From positions 46,543,650-46,607,649 of the forward strand of contig NC_068986.1 of the NCBI RefSeq assembly GCF_001194135.2: a DNA stretch of 64,000 nucleotides. Direction: 5' to 3'. The notes beneath the pieces are model-generated. The model worked only from the letters and a program-made list of their open reading frames with translations. It made no database searches and was not told the DNA's origin. Origin of the DNA: Octopus bimaculoides. Lineage: Eukaryota. This document shows positions 13,583-26,721 of this stretch, one piece after another (positions within the stretch are counted from its first letter, which is position 1; every line of letters begins with the position of its first letter). A program made the translations under genes and the position numbers.

Positions 13583-16500
13583 AGACAGACCTATACCTAT
13601 AAATAATAAAACTTTAAAAAAAACCTGATAGTTTGCCATAATACTTTTAGCACCTTATTCAATGTACAAGTGACAGAAAAGTATTAAAAGTGACTGCTCT
13701 TATTTATCACCACATCTAGAACTATTCTTAAGTTTCATTTCTATTCATTTTTACCATGTCTCTGATATTACAGCTATATAAATATATAATAATACTTCTA
13801 CTTCAAAAGTAAATCTTCCATAAGTTCATATTATCTGTCCCCCCCCCCAATTTCTTTTCCATTTATATATCATTTATATATTAAAAATAGACATATAATA
13901 TGTTTGAATGAAGGAAAACATTACAATGATTGAATAGCAAGCAAAATAATAAACTACTTATTCTGATATGACTACCAATTGTTTATTCTAAAAAGAAAAA
14001 AAAAATGTTTCTTGAAATGTCTGAATTTTATATTATATACTATGATATTTTTATATTAAAATATTTACAGTCTGTTATTCAATATTTATTTTTACAACAT
14101 TTATTGCGTTCAGTTATTTTGCTTGTTATCAAATATTGAAATTATGACCTTTAATTTGAAATATTCCTTTTTTATAACTTTATATAAAACTTTTTTAATG
14201 TCTATAAATTAGATATCTTGTTAACTGTGCAATAGCAACAATTAAATCATATTTATCATTTCACAAAAAGTTACTACTAAAACAATACACTTTAAGTGAC
14301 AAGTTTTATGAACAGTAATAATATCTGTCATATCGTTAAGCAATATCAACTTTATTAGTTTTTCTTCTATTTTATGGAAATGAAATTTTCATTGCTATCA
14401 TTCTCTTTATATACTATAATATTAAAAAATACCATCTGAGATGACAAACAGAGTAAAGCACTGGAATAAATATATTATTTCATCAAGATGACAGAACTGG
14501 TAGAGCAATAAATTAAATTCCATGCAGTATTAAGTTCAAATCCCAAATTCAAACTCTGCAGACATCAATTTCTACCTCTTTGTATGTCAATAAACTAAGA
14601 ACCAGTTAAACACATTGATTTACCAACTGTTCTCTCACCCAAATTTATAGCTTTGTGTCAGTGTTAAAAATTATTTACTTTTTCCTTTGTGAGGTTCAAA
14701 GACTATTCTTACAAAGCTGATAATGTAAGCATGAATCAAATCCTAAGAAAGAAACTACCAGAAACAAGCAAAATTCATTGCATTCCTTTTATTTTTCATT
14801 TTTATTTTTCAGTTAGCAAAGCTATTTGGTAATGAAAGTATACAAAAATGGTTTTATGTCACCATTGAAAACCATTGATTATATAGTATAGTGTCAAACA
14901 TGAGATCACTATCATATTTTCTTCATATTTTTTAGGTGCAGCATTGTGATTAAAGATATTTGGATTTCAGGATAGCATTATAAGGAGTAATGTGGTTCAT
15001 GATTAAGAAGTTAGGTGAAAGGCTATTTCAAAACTACAGAGAGAGGAGGGGGAGAGAGAGAGTGTGTGTGTGTGTGCATGAATGCATACGTGTGTGTGTG
15101 TGTGTGTGTGTGTAATGTAGTGGGTTAAAATATATATGAATAGATTAGCGGGGGGGGGGGGGCAGACGCTTGTCTACTAAAAAAAATGAATGAAATATGT
15201 TTTAAAATAAAGTAGAGAGAATGGTAAAATAGTATTATTGTCATTAATTGTAAAGAAGGATCTCGGATTTCCTAACTTTTAACAGAAGGTAAGTTTTAAC
15301 AACTATTTCTTTCCAAAACAGCATACTGGATATATTCAACAAGCTTTTACATACATATTAGTACACAATTGTTTTTGATATGCTGTTGAATATTGTTTAA
15401 TGTTGGTTAAAATATAATTATTAATGTAGATATGAGTAACTAGATAGTAAGATTCATTAATAACATAGATATACACAGGAATAAGAAGATTATTAAATGT
15501 TAGCAATACAAGTATTTTAGTCATATATTTTAAAAGACACATCCCATAAATAAGACTAATTATTTTCCAGTTCAATAGCATCTCTTAGGGATATTTCTTT
15601 ATATAGAAATGAAGCCAAAGCATTTTCAGGAAACAGGTAGAAAATAAATTTGTAATATTCATGCCTTTTTTAAACATATCAGTTGAAAGAAAACGACATG
15701 ATTCCTGCTGGGATTATAGAAAGAAAACATTGATTTGCTTATAACTTGCTGTCAAAATGAAACTAAGCTGCAGATGTAATTAATGTTATCGAATGACCTT
15801 AAATAGCCCTCTTGGAGAAAATTTATATTACAGGAAGACCTAGAGGTTCACTATATTGTGTATGACAGGTTTTCATCTCATCTGGTGTTGTAAGATATCA
15901 GCATATTGATCTGAATCAAACTTTATAGTTTAAGTTAGTTCTCAAATCTTGGTTATCTGATCTTTATTATGAATGAGCTTTTATAAGATTAAGACATAAA
16001 CATATTGGTTTCTAAGTGAAAATGCATTAAGCACGCGATTCTTTTAAGCAATAGAAAATAGGTAGTTATGATATTTACTGTTTTTAAAGAGAGAAATAAT
16101 TGTGTCTATCAAACAAAATGAAGTGTGTATCTTTTTTCATAAAAAAACTTTTGCAAATGATTGAGCAATGCAAAGATAACAAAACTAAATCAACTAAATT
16201 ATTCTTCTATCAAATTCATTCACAATATTGAAATGATGATTAATATATCATCTAAATTAAATGTTCATGTATGACATTAATTATACCTCAGATTATTTAT
16301 TTTTTCATTTACCAATCTAAAAGAGATTTTTTTTTTCGTAATCAGTGATGCAGCTCCTTTTAGATCACAAACTGGAGAGTACAAGTGAGATTGTTGCAGT
16401 TAATATCGAGCGTAAACAGTTGAAGGTTAGGGTATTATGATGATACAGGATTGAAAATGCTCTGTAGGATAAATGTTTCACATATAGTGTGAGCAAGCGT

Positions 16501-17894
16501 TAGAGGGAGACATGGAGAAGAAGAATTTTGCTATATCAGATGGTTTTTATGTGAAAGCAGAGAAGAGCCTGCAAAAGACAAAACATAAAACCTTTTATAT
16601 TAGTCATATATGTAGAGTTTATTGAATGAATGGATTGAAAATTTGCCTTTTCAGAAATAAAGCTTAAGTTTGACTACAGAATTTCATAATAGTTGAGCAT
16701 GGGAGGGTCTGGTGGTTACATATTTCTAAAGAAATCCAAATTTCTTGATTCGGTTGTAAAGTTCAGAAGCTAGAAATACTTGCTAACATCTAGTAATAAA
16801 TTATCATATAAAGATGGTGAAGAATGTAAAATCTGGCTTCCTCCATAAACAATAGACTCTTTGTCTTGAAATTTTGTAAGTTTCTTTGAGCAAACATGCT
16901 ATATACATTTTTCTATTATCCTTTTTCTCTTATTTTTTTTATTGTACAATAACTTTTTCATTGATATCCTCTTTCATGATACCAGTTTTATGTTTAAACT
17001 GTGATGAAAGTCATTCATATCAAGTTTAAAGTATGCTAATGGCTTGACCTTTTTAGTGCTAATTGTAGTACACTACTTGGCAGGTGATGTCATGTAAGGC
17101 ATGTTGCTATATTCATTCACTTTTATAAGACTAAATCTAGTTTGCGATCTGCTGAGAGAATTTGTAATCTGATAAAACAGGTCTTTTCATTTCTTTTATA
17201 TGATATAAACACTGCAAATCTGTTATTCCATGCAACTCACATACATACTCGAGGAAAGGCAACTGAATAATAGAGAAAAACAATTGAATGAGAGAGACTT
17301 TCACTTGCATATATATTAAGAAAATACATCCTTTTTTCAGTTGATGTGCAGTTTGTTTTCACAATTTCTCATTTCTTTGGGACAGTTGACACTTCTCACA
17401 TATAATGTCCTCATATATTGACAGAAGCAAAACCGGTTTCATTCTACAAATGCCCACTGAAATTAAGGCAGTATGAGCATGTGTAGGAGGAATGAATAGT
17501 TTATTTGCCAATTATATGGCACAGAGAATCATAAGATTCACTCAATAGCCAACGTGACAATATACTTTCCAGTCTCTAAAATATTTCTTGTATATTACTT
17601 GAGGATGTATAATTTACTAAAAATAGATCCAATACTTAATTTTTCTTCTTTTACAAGATAATTACGCTCTTGTGTTCACTTCTACACTAATTCCAATTTT
17701 ACCTATGATGCAGGTAAACAGTGTAACTAACTCATAATATTATCAATAGTTTAATCCATTACCTTAATTACTTCTAAAAGTGTATGTGTTCATATATATA
17801 TATATATATATATAAAATATATAGTTTTAGGGAAAATAACCAATTTTCAAGAACTCATCGATGAAAATCCACTATCACATATAGAAAAATTAAT

Positions 17895-18052
17895 AATTAA
17901 AAGCACAATAAATGAGTATAATATAAAGTAAAGTAAATATCATAAGATAAATATAATATATAATATAATATAATATAATAATAATAATTATTATATTTAT
18001 CTTATGATATTTACTTTACTTTATATTATACTCATTTATTGTGCTTTTAATT
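17895..18052. repeat. Inverted repeat with ~63-bp arms around a (TAA/TA) core, next to an assembly gap
   Basis: aattaaaagcacaataaatgagtataatataaagtaaagtaaatatcataagataaatataat and its exact reverse complement. Confidence 0.85.
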
Positions 18053-18362
18053 TTTAATAATTAATTTTTNNNNNNNNNNNNNNNNNNNNNNNNNNNNNNN
18101 NNNNNNNNNNNNNNNNNNNNNNNNNNNNNNNNNNNNNNNNNNNNNNNNNNNNNNNNNNNNNNNNNNNNNNNNNNNNNNNNNNNNNNNNNNNNNNNNNNNN
18201 NNNNNNNNNNNNNNNNNNNNNNNNNNNNNNNNNNNNNNNNNNNNNNNNNNNNNNNNNNNNNNNNNNNNNNNNNNNNNNNNNNNNNNNNNNNNNNNNNNNN
18301 NNNNNNNNNNNNNNNNNNNNNNNNNNNNNNNNNNNNNNNNNNNNNNNNNNNNNNNNNNNNNN

Positions 18363-18412
<50 letters not shown>

Positions 18413-19029
18413 GCAAAAGTATTCTCTATCGCACACATAAATATTAGCCGGATTTTATACTGGAGATGTGAACTCGCATATTTGATACTCTAATGTTACT
18501 TTGTAGTCTTTTGTAATTAGTAGCCACATAAGATATGCAACTGTAACGTGTGGAACATCAACAGGGTTTGAAGCAAAAATAAAATTGAAATAATTCAATA
18601 TTAAAGCAAGCTGTGGAATGTAGGCAATAACAAAAAGCAATCAAAAGCACTTTAACAGCATTTTTGCATTAGTCATGTGTTGACACAATTGCTATTTGCA
18701 TTTAAAATATTTTCCCTCATCTTAAGATAAGATTTTAGATTAAATTTACAGGAGAAAGAAATTGGTAGAAACTTGGCTTTTTACCTTTTATTCTCTTATT
18801 AGTTTCAACCATTAAACTAAGGCTATGCTGGGGCACTTTCAAAATTTTTACTTAATTAAATTTATTTGTTTTTTTTTTAGTTTGATACTTATTATTTGAA
18901 GGGCCTCTTTTGAGTGAGAGTGTTTAAGTTTTTGACTTAAAAGGATCTAACACTATATCTGAATACCAGAAGGTATTTGTTTGAAATACACTGAGATTTT
19001 ACATAACCACACACACACACAAACAACAA

Positions 19030-19190
19030 TAAAACAAACTTCCTCACAGTTTTTGTCAACCAAATTGCATTCATACAACGTTGATCAATCAGTGGGCTGT
19101 GGTAGAAAGAAACACTTGCCCAAAGTGACATGGACTCTGATTGAACTATGTGATTTCAAGCGAGGTTCTTCATTACACCACCATGCTTTT
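19030..19190 (-). mobile_element. Family B SINE head
   Basis: tgtggtagaaagaaacacttgcccaaagtgacatggactctgattgaac...caccatgc. Confidence 0.55.
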
Positions 19191-20919
19191 ATTTTATAAA
19201 CATAAAGAGAAAAAAAATCAAGTGTATATGTAATAAGGAACACTTACAAACCCATAACTTTAATGGTTAAGAAATTATTATAAGTTTAGATATAAATGTT
19301 TTATCTAAATTACGAGAGGAAAAATTTTGCAAGATTCTTTTCTTGACACTTTCTGTGTGCAACAAAGATTGTCCAGTCATCTACTAGTTAATTCTAACTG
19401 TGTGCATTCTAGAAAAGAAAAGAAAACTTTTAATAAAATTCCACTGTCTATATCCAGGTCATTATGAATATCCTTGTATAAGATGACACTAAGTATGGAT
19501 TAGAAATAGAAGCTACTTTTGCTGAAGCTAACCACACATTTGATATAGGTATCAGATGTTACTTAACTATGAACAGAAACTTATGGATATTGACAATGTA
19601 TGACCTAAGAAAGAGAATGTGTGTCATCAGAAACCAGTATATCAGCTCTTTTGAGGAAACTTATGCTTGCTTTTTTTAAATTTTTATAGAATTTGAAGTT
19701 GACAATGGGCCCAGCAATACTGTTTGTCGAGAGTTACTTCATCAGCTGTCATCCCTGTCTTTTTCCCTCTGGAACAGCACATAAAGTGTTAAGTAGAGTA
19801 AGAATAAGATAATTGTGAAAGGAAGATTTCAGTTATTATCAGGGAGACAATATTTGCTTCCTAAATGTTTACTGTGAGTAAACAGTAATTTGTGCATATG
19901 TCAGTAGCAGTTAATCTTTCTAAATTGTTTGTAATGCTTCACGAATTTAAACAGCAAATGGCTTTTAGATTAACAGAAGGAAATTCAATATTTGGCAAAT
20001 GAGCTACAAAATACCTTAATGGCTTCAGTTAATCTTTGTTTACGACAAACTAAATGGTCTGATTAGATTAGCATTTTGGAAACAAGGTTAATCCAGTAAT
20101 GTAGTATAAAATACCAAAACTTAGATCTAAGCAGGAACAACAGCAAAACTATCCAGCAAATGCCAAAAAATTAATGAAAATATAGTTTTAAAAGATCTGT
20201 GTTGCTAATGAAAGCACATTACTGATAATCATATGGTTTAACATTTTTCACACAATATATAAAACTTCTCACGCAACCTATATTTTCAAGCTCAAGAAGC
20301 ATTAACAGATATTTTTCTTTAACAGCAGTATTCTACAAACTTTAGTATAATGAGAGCAGTTGACTTATTTAGTAAATATCCCTAAAGGATTATTTAAATA
20401 AGCTATATTACAGAATACAGGAATCACCTTAGAACAAGTGATAAGATAGGCAAGGTCTATGAGTCAGTTTCACTTCTTTATTGTAATCATCATAATCCTT
20501 TCATTTACTTTTCTAACAAACATTAAAAAAGAAACATGAATGTCACATCTCTTCAGTGTTTTGTGTGAAAGAAACAATTAATTATATCAAAGACTGTTAT
20601 GTGAATACATTTAAAGTGAGATTACTATACTGATCAATATTAAAACAGCAACAGTTTTTTAAGTTAGTACTTCTGAGTCTTATCAGCATATTGAATTCTA
20701 TTTACAATGTATGATTAAAACAAAAGACTATGTAATTAATATAAAATTGTATCCTATCAATTTTATTCTAGTTTTTTTTTAATATTTCTCATTCACAAGC
20801 ATTTAAGAAATATATTAGTGTAATTATCTAATATTTTTTGTTCTAAAATATTCAACCATAATGCCATGCATATTATCATATTCAAATCTAATGAAATAAA
20901 ATGAATATTTTAGAAATAG

Positions 20920-21085
20920 GCATAGATATGTGGTTAAGAAGTTTGCTTCTCAGCATTGTGATTGCAGATTCAATCCCATTGTGTCGCATCTTGGTCAGGT
21001 ATCTTCTAATATATCCCTTAGCCAACCAAAACCTTGTGAGTAGATTTGGTTGATGAAAACTAAAAGAAGCCTATCATATATACAT
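20920..21085 (+). mobile_element. Family B SINE head
   Basis: gtggttaagaagtttgcttc...ccaaaaccttgtgagtagatttggttgatgaaaactaaaagaagcc. Confidence 0.65.
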
Positions 21086-23479
21086 GCATGAACACTTCAT
21101 CTGATCCATGCAAACAGGGAAAAAGGAATATTGAAAGAATAATGAAGATAAAAATGAACAAAAATTTGAACTACAGCAGAATTTTCTTATTTCTTCCTTT
21201 AGTTTTTTTTATCTTAGAGGAGCTTCTTAAAAATTACAATGGGAACTACAATCTGTTGAAGCATAAGACCAAACAGGGCAATTTTTAATTGAAACAATTT
21301 GATAATAATTCCCACTTGTCTGTCAGCATAGTGTTCAATAGCCTTCACTGATAGCCTGTTGTTGCATCGATTATGTCTTCCAAATTTTTGTTCAACTTCA
21401 TTGAGTCAATACTTTAAAATAATCTCAAGTACCACTTTAAATATTAAGATACCAAAATCCAGAAATCACACTTGGAATTCGATCAAGTAAACTCTTTGAA
21501 GCAAAAGTGAATAAACTACTAAACAAAAAAAGACATCATATGACAACACTTTAGATTTGATTTGCTTACTATCTCAGCCATTTTCTTTTACTAGTTAAAG
21601 CCATTTAAGGAATACAAATCATGATGCCAGATGAAATCTTACACAAGAAATTGGATTTAAATTAGATATATGTGACAAAAATTCAATAAAAATACAATAT
21701 CTTGAGATAGAAAAAGATTACATAAAACAATAAAACTATGAAAATGGTTTTGTTTAGTGAAAACCTGTTTATTAAAATGCTAGAGAAATTTGAAAATGAT
21801 TTTGTAAAAGAAAGTCTAAAAATTATTTCAATATATTTAAAAAAATAAGTATGAAAAAATTCATATTTCCTGGAATAGTATTTCAATTTATAAAAAAAGC
21901 AATTAGCCATCTGGAAAATTGAAATGTGAGACGTGACAATATTATGATTGAAGAGAAATTTTTAACTATTTGTTAAATTAAACATTCAACAACAAATAAA
22001 AAGAAAGTATGGAAAATGTTTATTACTTTCTGAAATCTGTTTTCCCATTGAATTATTGTTATTATTCTTTTTAATTGATTAGAACATAAACAGTGGCAAC
22101 AATTTTCATTTCACCTAAATTATACAGTTGACAGAAGAAAATCCATTTTTATAGAAGAAAATATCAGGAGAAAGCATACCTATGCAATCGAAATAACATT
22201 TTTGATTTATATTTGATTCGTAAATTTCATGAAATTTCGTGTAAACCAGTGAGATAATTTTTTAATCTAAGTCATGTAATCTATACATTTTTAATGAAAA
22301 ATTTACATTCTTTTTAACATGAGCCAATATTTATTTGAAGGATATTCTCTCACAAGTACCATCTTTATGAGAAAATAATTTCTATACAAACTTTTCTGTT
22401 TAAGTTTTCTACACGATTCATTGAAAAATCTATTTTTCATCAAATTAAACATATAAACAGTATTATTATTATGTATTTGATAATTGTATTTAATATATAT
22501 ATTTAGTATCTATTATTACATATTCAAAAGTTGGAAATTTTTAAGAAGCATTTATGAATTTACTTGCTTCATCTGATAGATAATTTCTTCTTAATGAGCA
22601 CACAAGGTAAATATTTAAGCATCTTTGTAGCTGTTTGTTCATTTTGCATACATTTTTTTTTCCATGCTAGCATGGGTTAGATGAATATATAATTGCTGAA
22701 ACCTTTGCTGTCGGATGCCTTATACCTTGGAAAGCACAGAGCCAGAAGATGATTTGTTGTTGGGGAATGACAACAGGTTTCACTATTTGTAGCTCAGTAT
22801 CTTTTAATGAGAAGTGCAGAATGTAAATACTTATACAAACACACACACACATATGCTTAAGGCTGACCAATGCCTTATGAATTAATTTACATAAAAGAGG
22901 TATGATGTAATGGGACTGAATGCAAAATCACATAGTTGAGAATCAAAATTCTCAACCACTCAGCAATCTATAAGAATTTCTTTGGTCATTAGTGAGTGAG
23001 ATGTACATCATACATCCCTTGCCTTACCACATGTATGTGTTAAAGTCCTCTATACTGTACCCACATACAGTCAGTCATACAATGGTGAACTTAAGTATTC
23101 ACATACATATATATATAAACACACATGCACTCTCTCTCTCTCTCACTCACACATTTATACAGTGTTCAGGATAAATTTGACAATATTTTACATCTTATTT
23201 TAGGAACAGCTTGATATGTTGGTGAACAGTCAGTGGCATCAGAGAGCATAAAGTTGTAATTGAGATAAAACTTAAGTTGGTGTGAATGAGTTGAAGCCAT
23301 CTGAATACTGGAAAAGTTACCTGTATGATGATGATTTTTGGCAGCTATCAAAATGCCAACATCATGATTGTTTCTCAAGGCTCTGTAAACACTGTAAAGG
23401 CTAGAAGATGTGATATTAATATCTGTAATGCAGACCCCCAAACCTTTGGTCAGCAGGGAGGTACACAAAAGGCATTCTG

Positions 23480-23890
23480 GTTGTGTCTGCAACCTGGAAT
23501 CCATTCCCACATATTTGAACAGGGCTCAGTTCAGATGGCTATGTGGAGCTGTTGGAAACTGTGGTCAATTCCTGGCTGGAGAGGATTGCTGCTGGAAGGC
23601 CATGTGTTACAGTAGGATTTGACTCCTTGCAACTCGAAAAAGAGTCAAACGTAGCTGTTGGAGAATTCTTTTGACTTCACAGTTCCAGTTTCTGGCCTCC
23701 TCCAATTGTAATCCCCTGGATTACTATCTATAAGGTGCAGTTGAGAAAGACCCAACCACTACCTGCCATAGTAAGGCTAAGCTGATAACCAAAGGGACAC
23801 AGTGAGGAACACATGCACCAGTTTCTGGAGCTATCTTGAGGTGATAGTGGAAGTTGAGGGCTCCTACTTTGAATAAACTGTTATCACCCA
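23480..23890 (+). mobile_element. Tc1/mariner-superfamily transposase relic (DDD catalytic region)
   Basis: With frameshifts it reads PHIFEQG..YVELLETVVNSWLERIAAGRP..Q*DLTPCNSKKSQ..ENSFDFT..WPP..NCNPLDYYL*GAVEKD. This matches the QQDxAPxH and WPxxSPDxNPxDY motifs. Confidence 0.82.
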
Positions 23891-24229
23891 GCCTCTTAGC
23901 CATAATCTAGTTATCTTTTTTATTTTTCAAAATACGTTTATTTTTGGATGAGATATTGTTGTTTTCTTTTCCTTTTATGCAAACTGTCAAATTTAGTCCA
24001 AATACTTTGTACACACACACATAATCAAGAATATTCATAAAGACACTCAACATCTTTGGCCAATTCTGTGTGTTGACTTAAGGAAGATAAAATTAAGTAT
24101 ATCATAACTTGATCCATAGTAAGGCACACAAAGCCATATAATATTCCCAGGAGGTACCAACTCTGCTCTGAGGAATCCATGTCTATTCTGTTGATCAATG
24201 AGAAGATCATTAATAGAGTTTCTGAAAGA

Positions 24230-25077
24230 TGCCTACATGCGTATAAAAGTACTTTCGTACAAAGTAATGGGAATGAATTTGAGTAACTGTCACACCCTAG
24301 TGGCTGAGGGAACCTGTGGAAGAGGTAGACCCAAGAAGACCTAGGATGAGGTGGTTAACCACAACTTTCAAACATTAGGCCTCACCGAGGCAATGACTAG
24401 TGACCGAGACCTTTAGAAATATGCTGTGCTTGAGAAGACCCGGCAAGCCAAGTGAGACCATAACCCATGGCCTATGCCAATGGTGTAACCAGCCCACTTA
24501 TGCATACCTTTCTTTCATTGGACATTAAACTCTGCTTGAGAAGACCTGTTGAGGCAAGTGAAATCAAAATCAAATTCGCTGACGTGGCCGATAACAGCAC
24601 CGCATGACTGGCATCCATGCTAATGGAACGCTGAGAGCACCATCCAAGTGTGATCGTTGCCAGGGCCGCTGACTGGCTTCTGTGCCAGTGGCACGTAAAA
24701 AGCACCATTCGAGCATGATCATTACCAGTGTTGCCTTACTGGCACTTGTGCTAGTGGCACGTGAAAAACAACATTCGAGCGAGGTCGTTGCCAGTGTCGC
24801 TGGACTGGCTCCTGTGCAGTTGGCACATAAAAAACACCATTTGAGCGTGGCTGTTGCCAGTACTACCTGACTGGACCTCATGTCGGTGGCATGTATAAGC
24901 ACCCACTACACTCTCAGAGTGGTAGGTGTTAGGAAGAGCATCCAGCTGTAGAATCTCTGCCAGATCAGATTGGAGCTTGGTGCAGCCTTCTGGTTCGCCA
25001 GTCCTCAGTCAAATCATCCAACCCATGCTAGCATGGAAGGTAGACGTTAAACGATGATGATGATGATGATGATGATA
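24230..25077 (+). mobile_element. 3' end of an RTE LINE: ORF C-terminus, 3' UTR with internal tandem repeats, and (GAT)n tail
   Basis: The translation is EGTCGRGRPKKT*DEVV...LGLTEAMTSDRDL*KYAVLEKTRQAK*. The UTR has ~60-66 bp repeats (gcaccattcgagc...ggcacgtaaaa) and ends agcatggaaggtagacgttaaacgatgatgatg. Confidence 0.85.
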
Positions 25078-25144
25078 TGATAGAATTTATCTCCCTTCAT
25101 AAGAGTGGTAAATTTTGTATTTTCATTTATTATTATTATTATTA

Positions 25145-25523
25145 AACCTTGGGAGAGGCATTATGCCAGTAATAAACACACGCACTGGTTCAGTCCTTTA
25201 TTAATTTATATAGTTTTTTGTTAAATTATTTCATTGCACTCTTGCAATCTCTTCAGTAACTTGTCTCTCCACTTCCATTTATTTTGAATATATGATCTGG
25301 CGTTGTTTTGGCGTTGTTTCGAGACTGTTTGGTATTATTATTATTATTATTTTATTTGTATTATGAATTCAGAATTGATTTCCCAATATAAGAATAAATT
25401 GTAGCGGAATTGAAGAATAAATTGAATTTAGAATAACAAATTTCTATACAACATATTTTGCTTTTACTTCCAATATATAAGGAACAATTTCATTCCTGGG
25501 TAATGCCAGGTGCCTCTGCTAGT
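25145..25523 (+). mobile_element. Helitron-like non-autonomous element, 3' end
   Basis: A subterminal hairpin CCTGG-gtaatg-CCAGG (25495-25510) is followed 8 nt later by CTAGT (25519-25523). The 5' boundary is uncertain. Confidence 0.45.
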
Positions 25524-26329
25524 CTTCTATATAAATGAAGCTATATCCTTTAATTTGCTGCTATTCTTTACATGAAATGAGAAGATACATTGTGGAATTG
25601 TTGTTTTAATGAGTTATATCTATTTGTCACCTGAAGCGACACATCTGTACTGTTGGATGCTCCTGATCCAGTAGTTAAGTATCCTTCCCATGAGGATTGA
25701 GGCTAGATGTGTCAAAACAATTATAGCGATTAATAAAAATTCTCATTTCTTCCATCTCTCATTTATCATATATATTGATAATATTAAAAATAAGGTTTAC
25801 TTCAAAGTAGCAATAGCATCACCTTTAATTCTATAATTATATACTGCCTTTTAAGACCAACACATGTTTCAATTGCATCAATTAGTAATCATTGCAATTG
25901 CAACCTTTCTATAAAATGGTGCAGGCCCATCAGGGTCTTAACTTAATATCCTTCGGTATGGCCATTTAATGATTTTCTTTTATTTGGTTAAGGAAATATA
26001 TTCAGAATTATGCAACGGAATATTCATCTGATTTATCTTATCTTATAAGAGCCTTATTGTATTTATGTTAACTGTTGAATAACATATTTTGAATAACTAA
26101 CTGAAAGCAAACTGGTCATCGTTTTGGGACAACCCCTTACTTTTTACTTATATATATATATATATATATATACATGTAGATATTCAACTAGAAGTTGTGT
26201 TAACCTCATGAAGGGATTGTTTCATTCAAGGAAATACTGGTTGAATACCTAATATTGGGGAATTAATTTCCTTAAAATAATAGGTATATATATATATAAA
26301 ATCATAGCTTATATTCATATAACAGAAGA

Positions 26330-26721
26330 AAAAGAAAATGGAAATTGGGAAGTTAATTGTTCATTATTAACAACAAATCAATGATCATCCATTATAGCTG
26401 TTTCAATTAATACTCAGTGAATCTAATTAAATATTAAATTCATATGACCTGAGCATAATATCTTCAGAGGGAAAGGAAATATACCCTTGGATGTTTTATA
26501 TGTGTTTATGGATTCATTATAGCGGACTCATTCAATCCACTATATTGAATCCATAAACACATATAAAACATCCAAGGGTATATTTCCTTTCTCTCTGAAG
26601 ATATTATGCTCAGGTCATATGAATTTAATATTTAATTAGATTCACTGAGTATTAATTGAAACAGCTGTAATTTGTTGTTAATAATAAACAATTATTAACT
26701 TCCCAATCTCCATTTTCTTTT
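26330..26721. repeat. Long near-perfect inverted repeat (fold-back), arms about 185-195 bp, loop about 9 nt
   Basis: The left arm aaaagaaaatgg...ggattca pairs with the right arm tgaatcc...ccattttctttt. There are a few transitions and one 14-nt indel. Confidence 0.92.

Noticed and set aside
14813-19790. Scattered plus-strand exon-like pieces (LAKLFGNESIQKWFY.. at 14813, DHKLESTSEIVAVNIERKQLK near 16350, EFEVDNGPSNTVCRELLHQL.. at 19690)
   Set aside because: There is no recognisable homology, their phases do not chain, and some splice sites are weak. A nested plus-strand gene cannot be excluded without RNA-seq.
24600-24900. Repeat-spacer-like array that could be mistaken for CRISPR
   Set aside because: The units are degenerate tandem repeats in a LINE 3' UTR, duplicated at 2808-3100. 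There are no unique spacers, no cas genes, and the context is eukaryotic.
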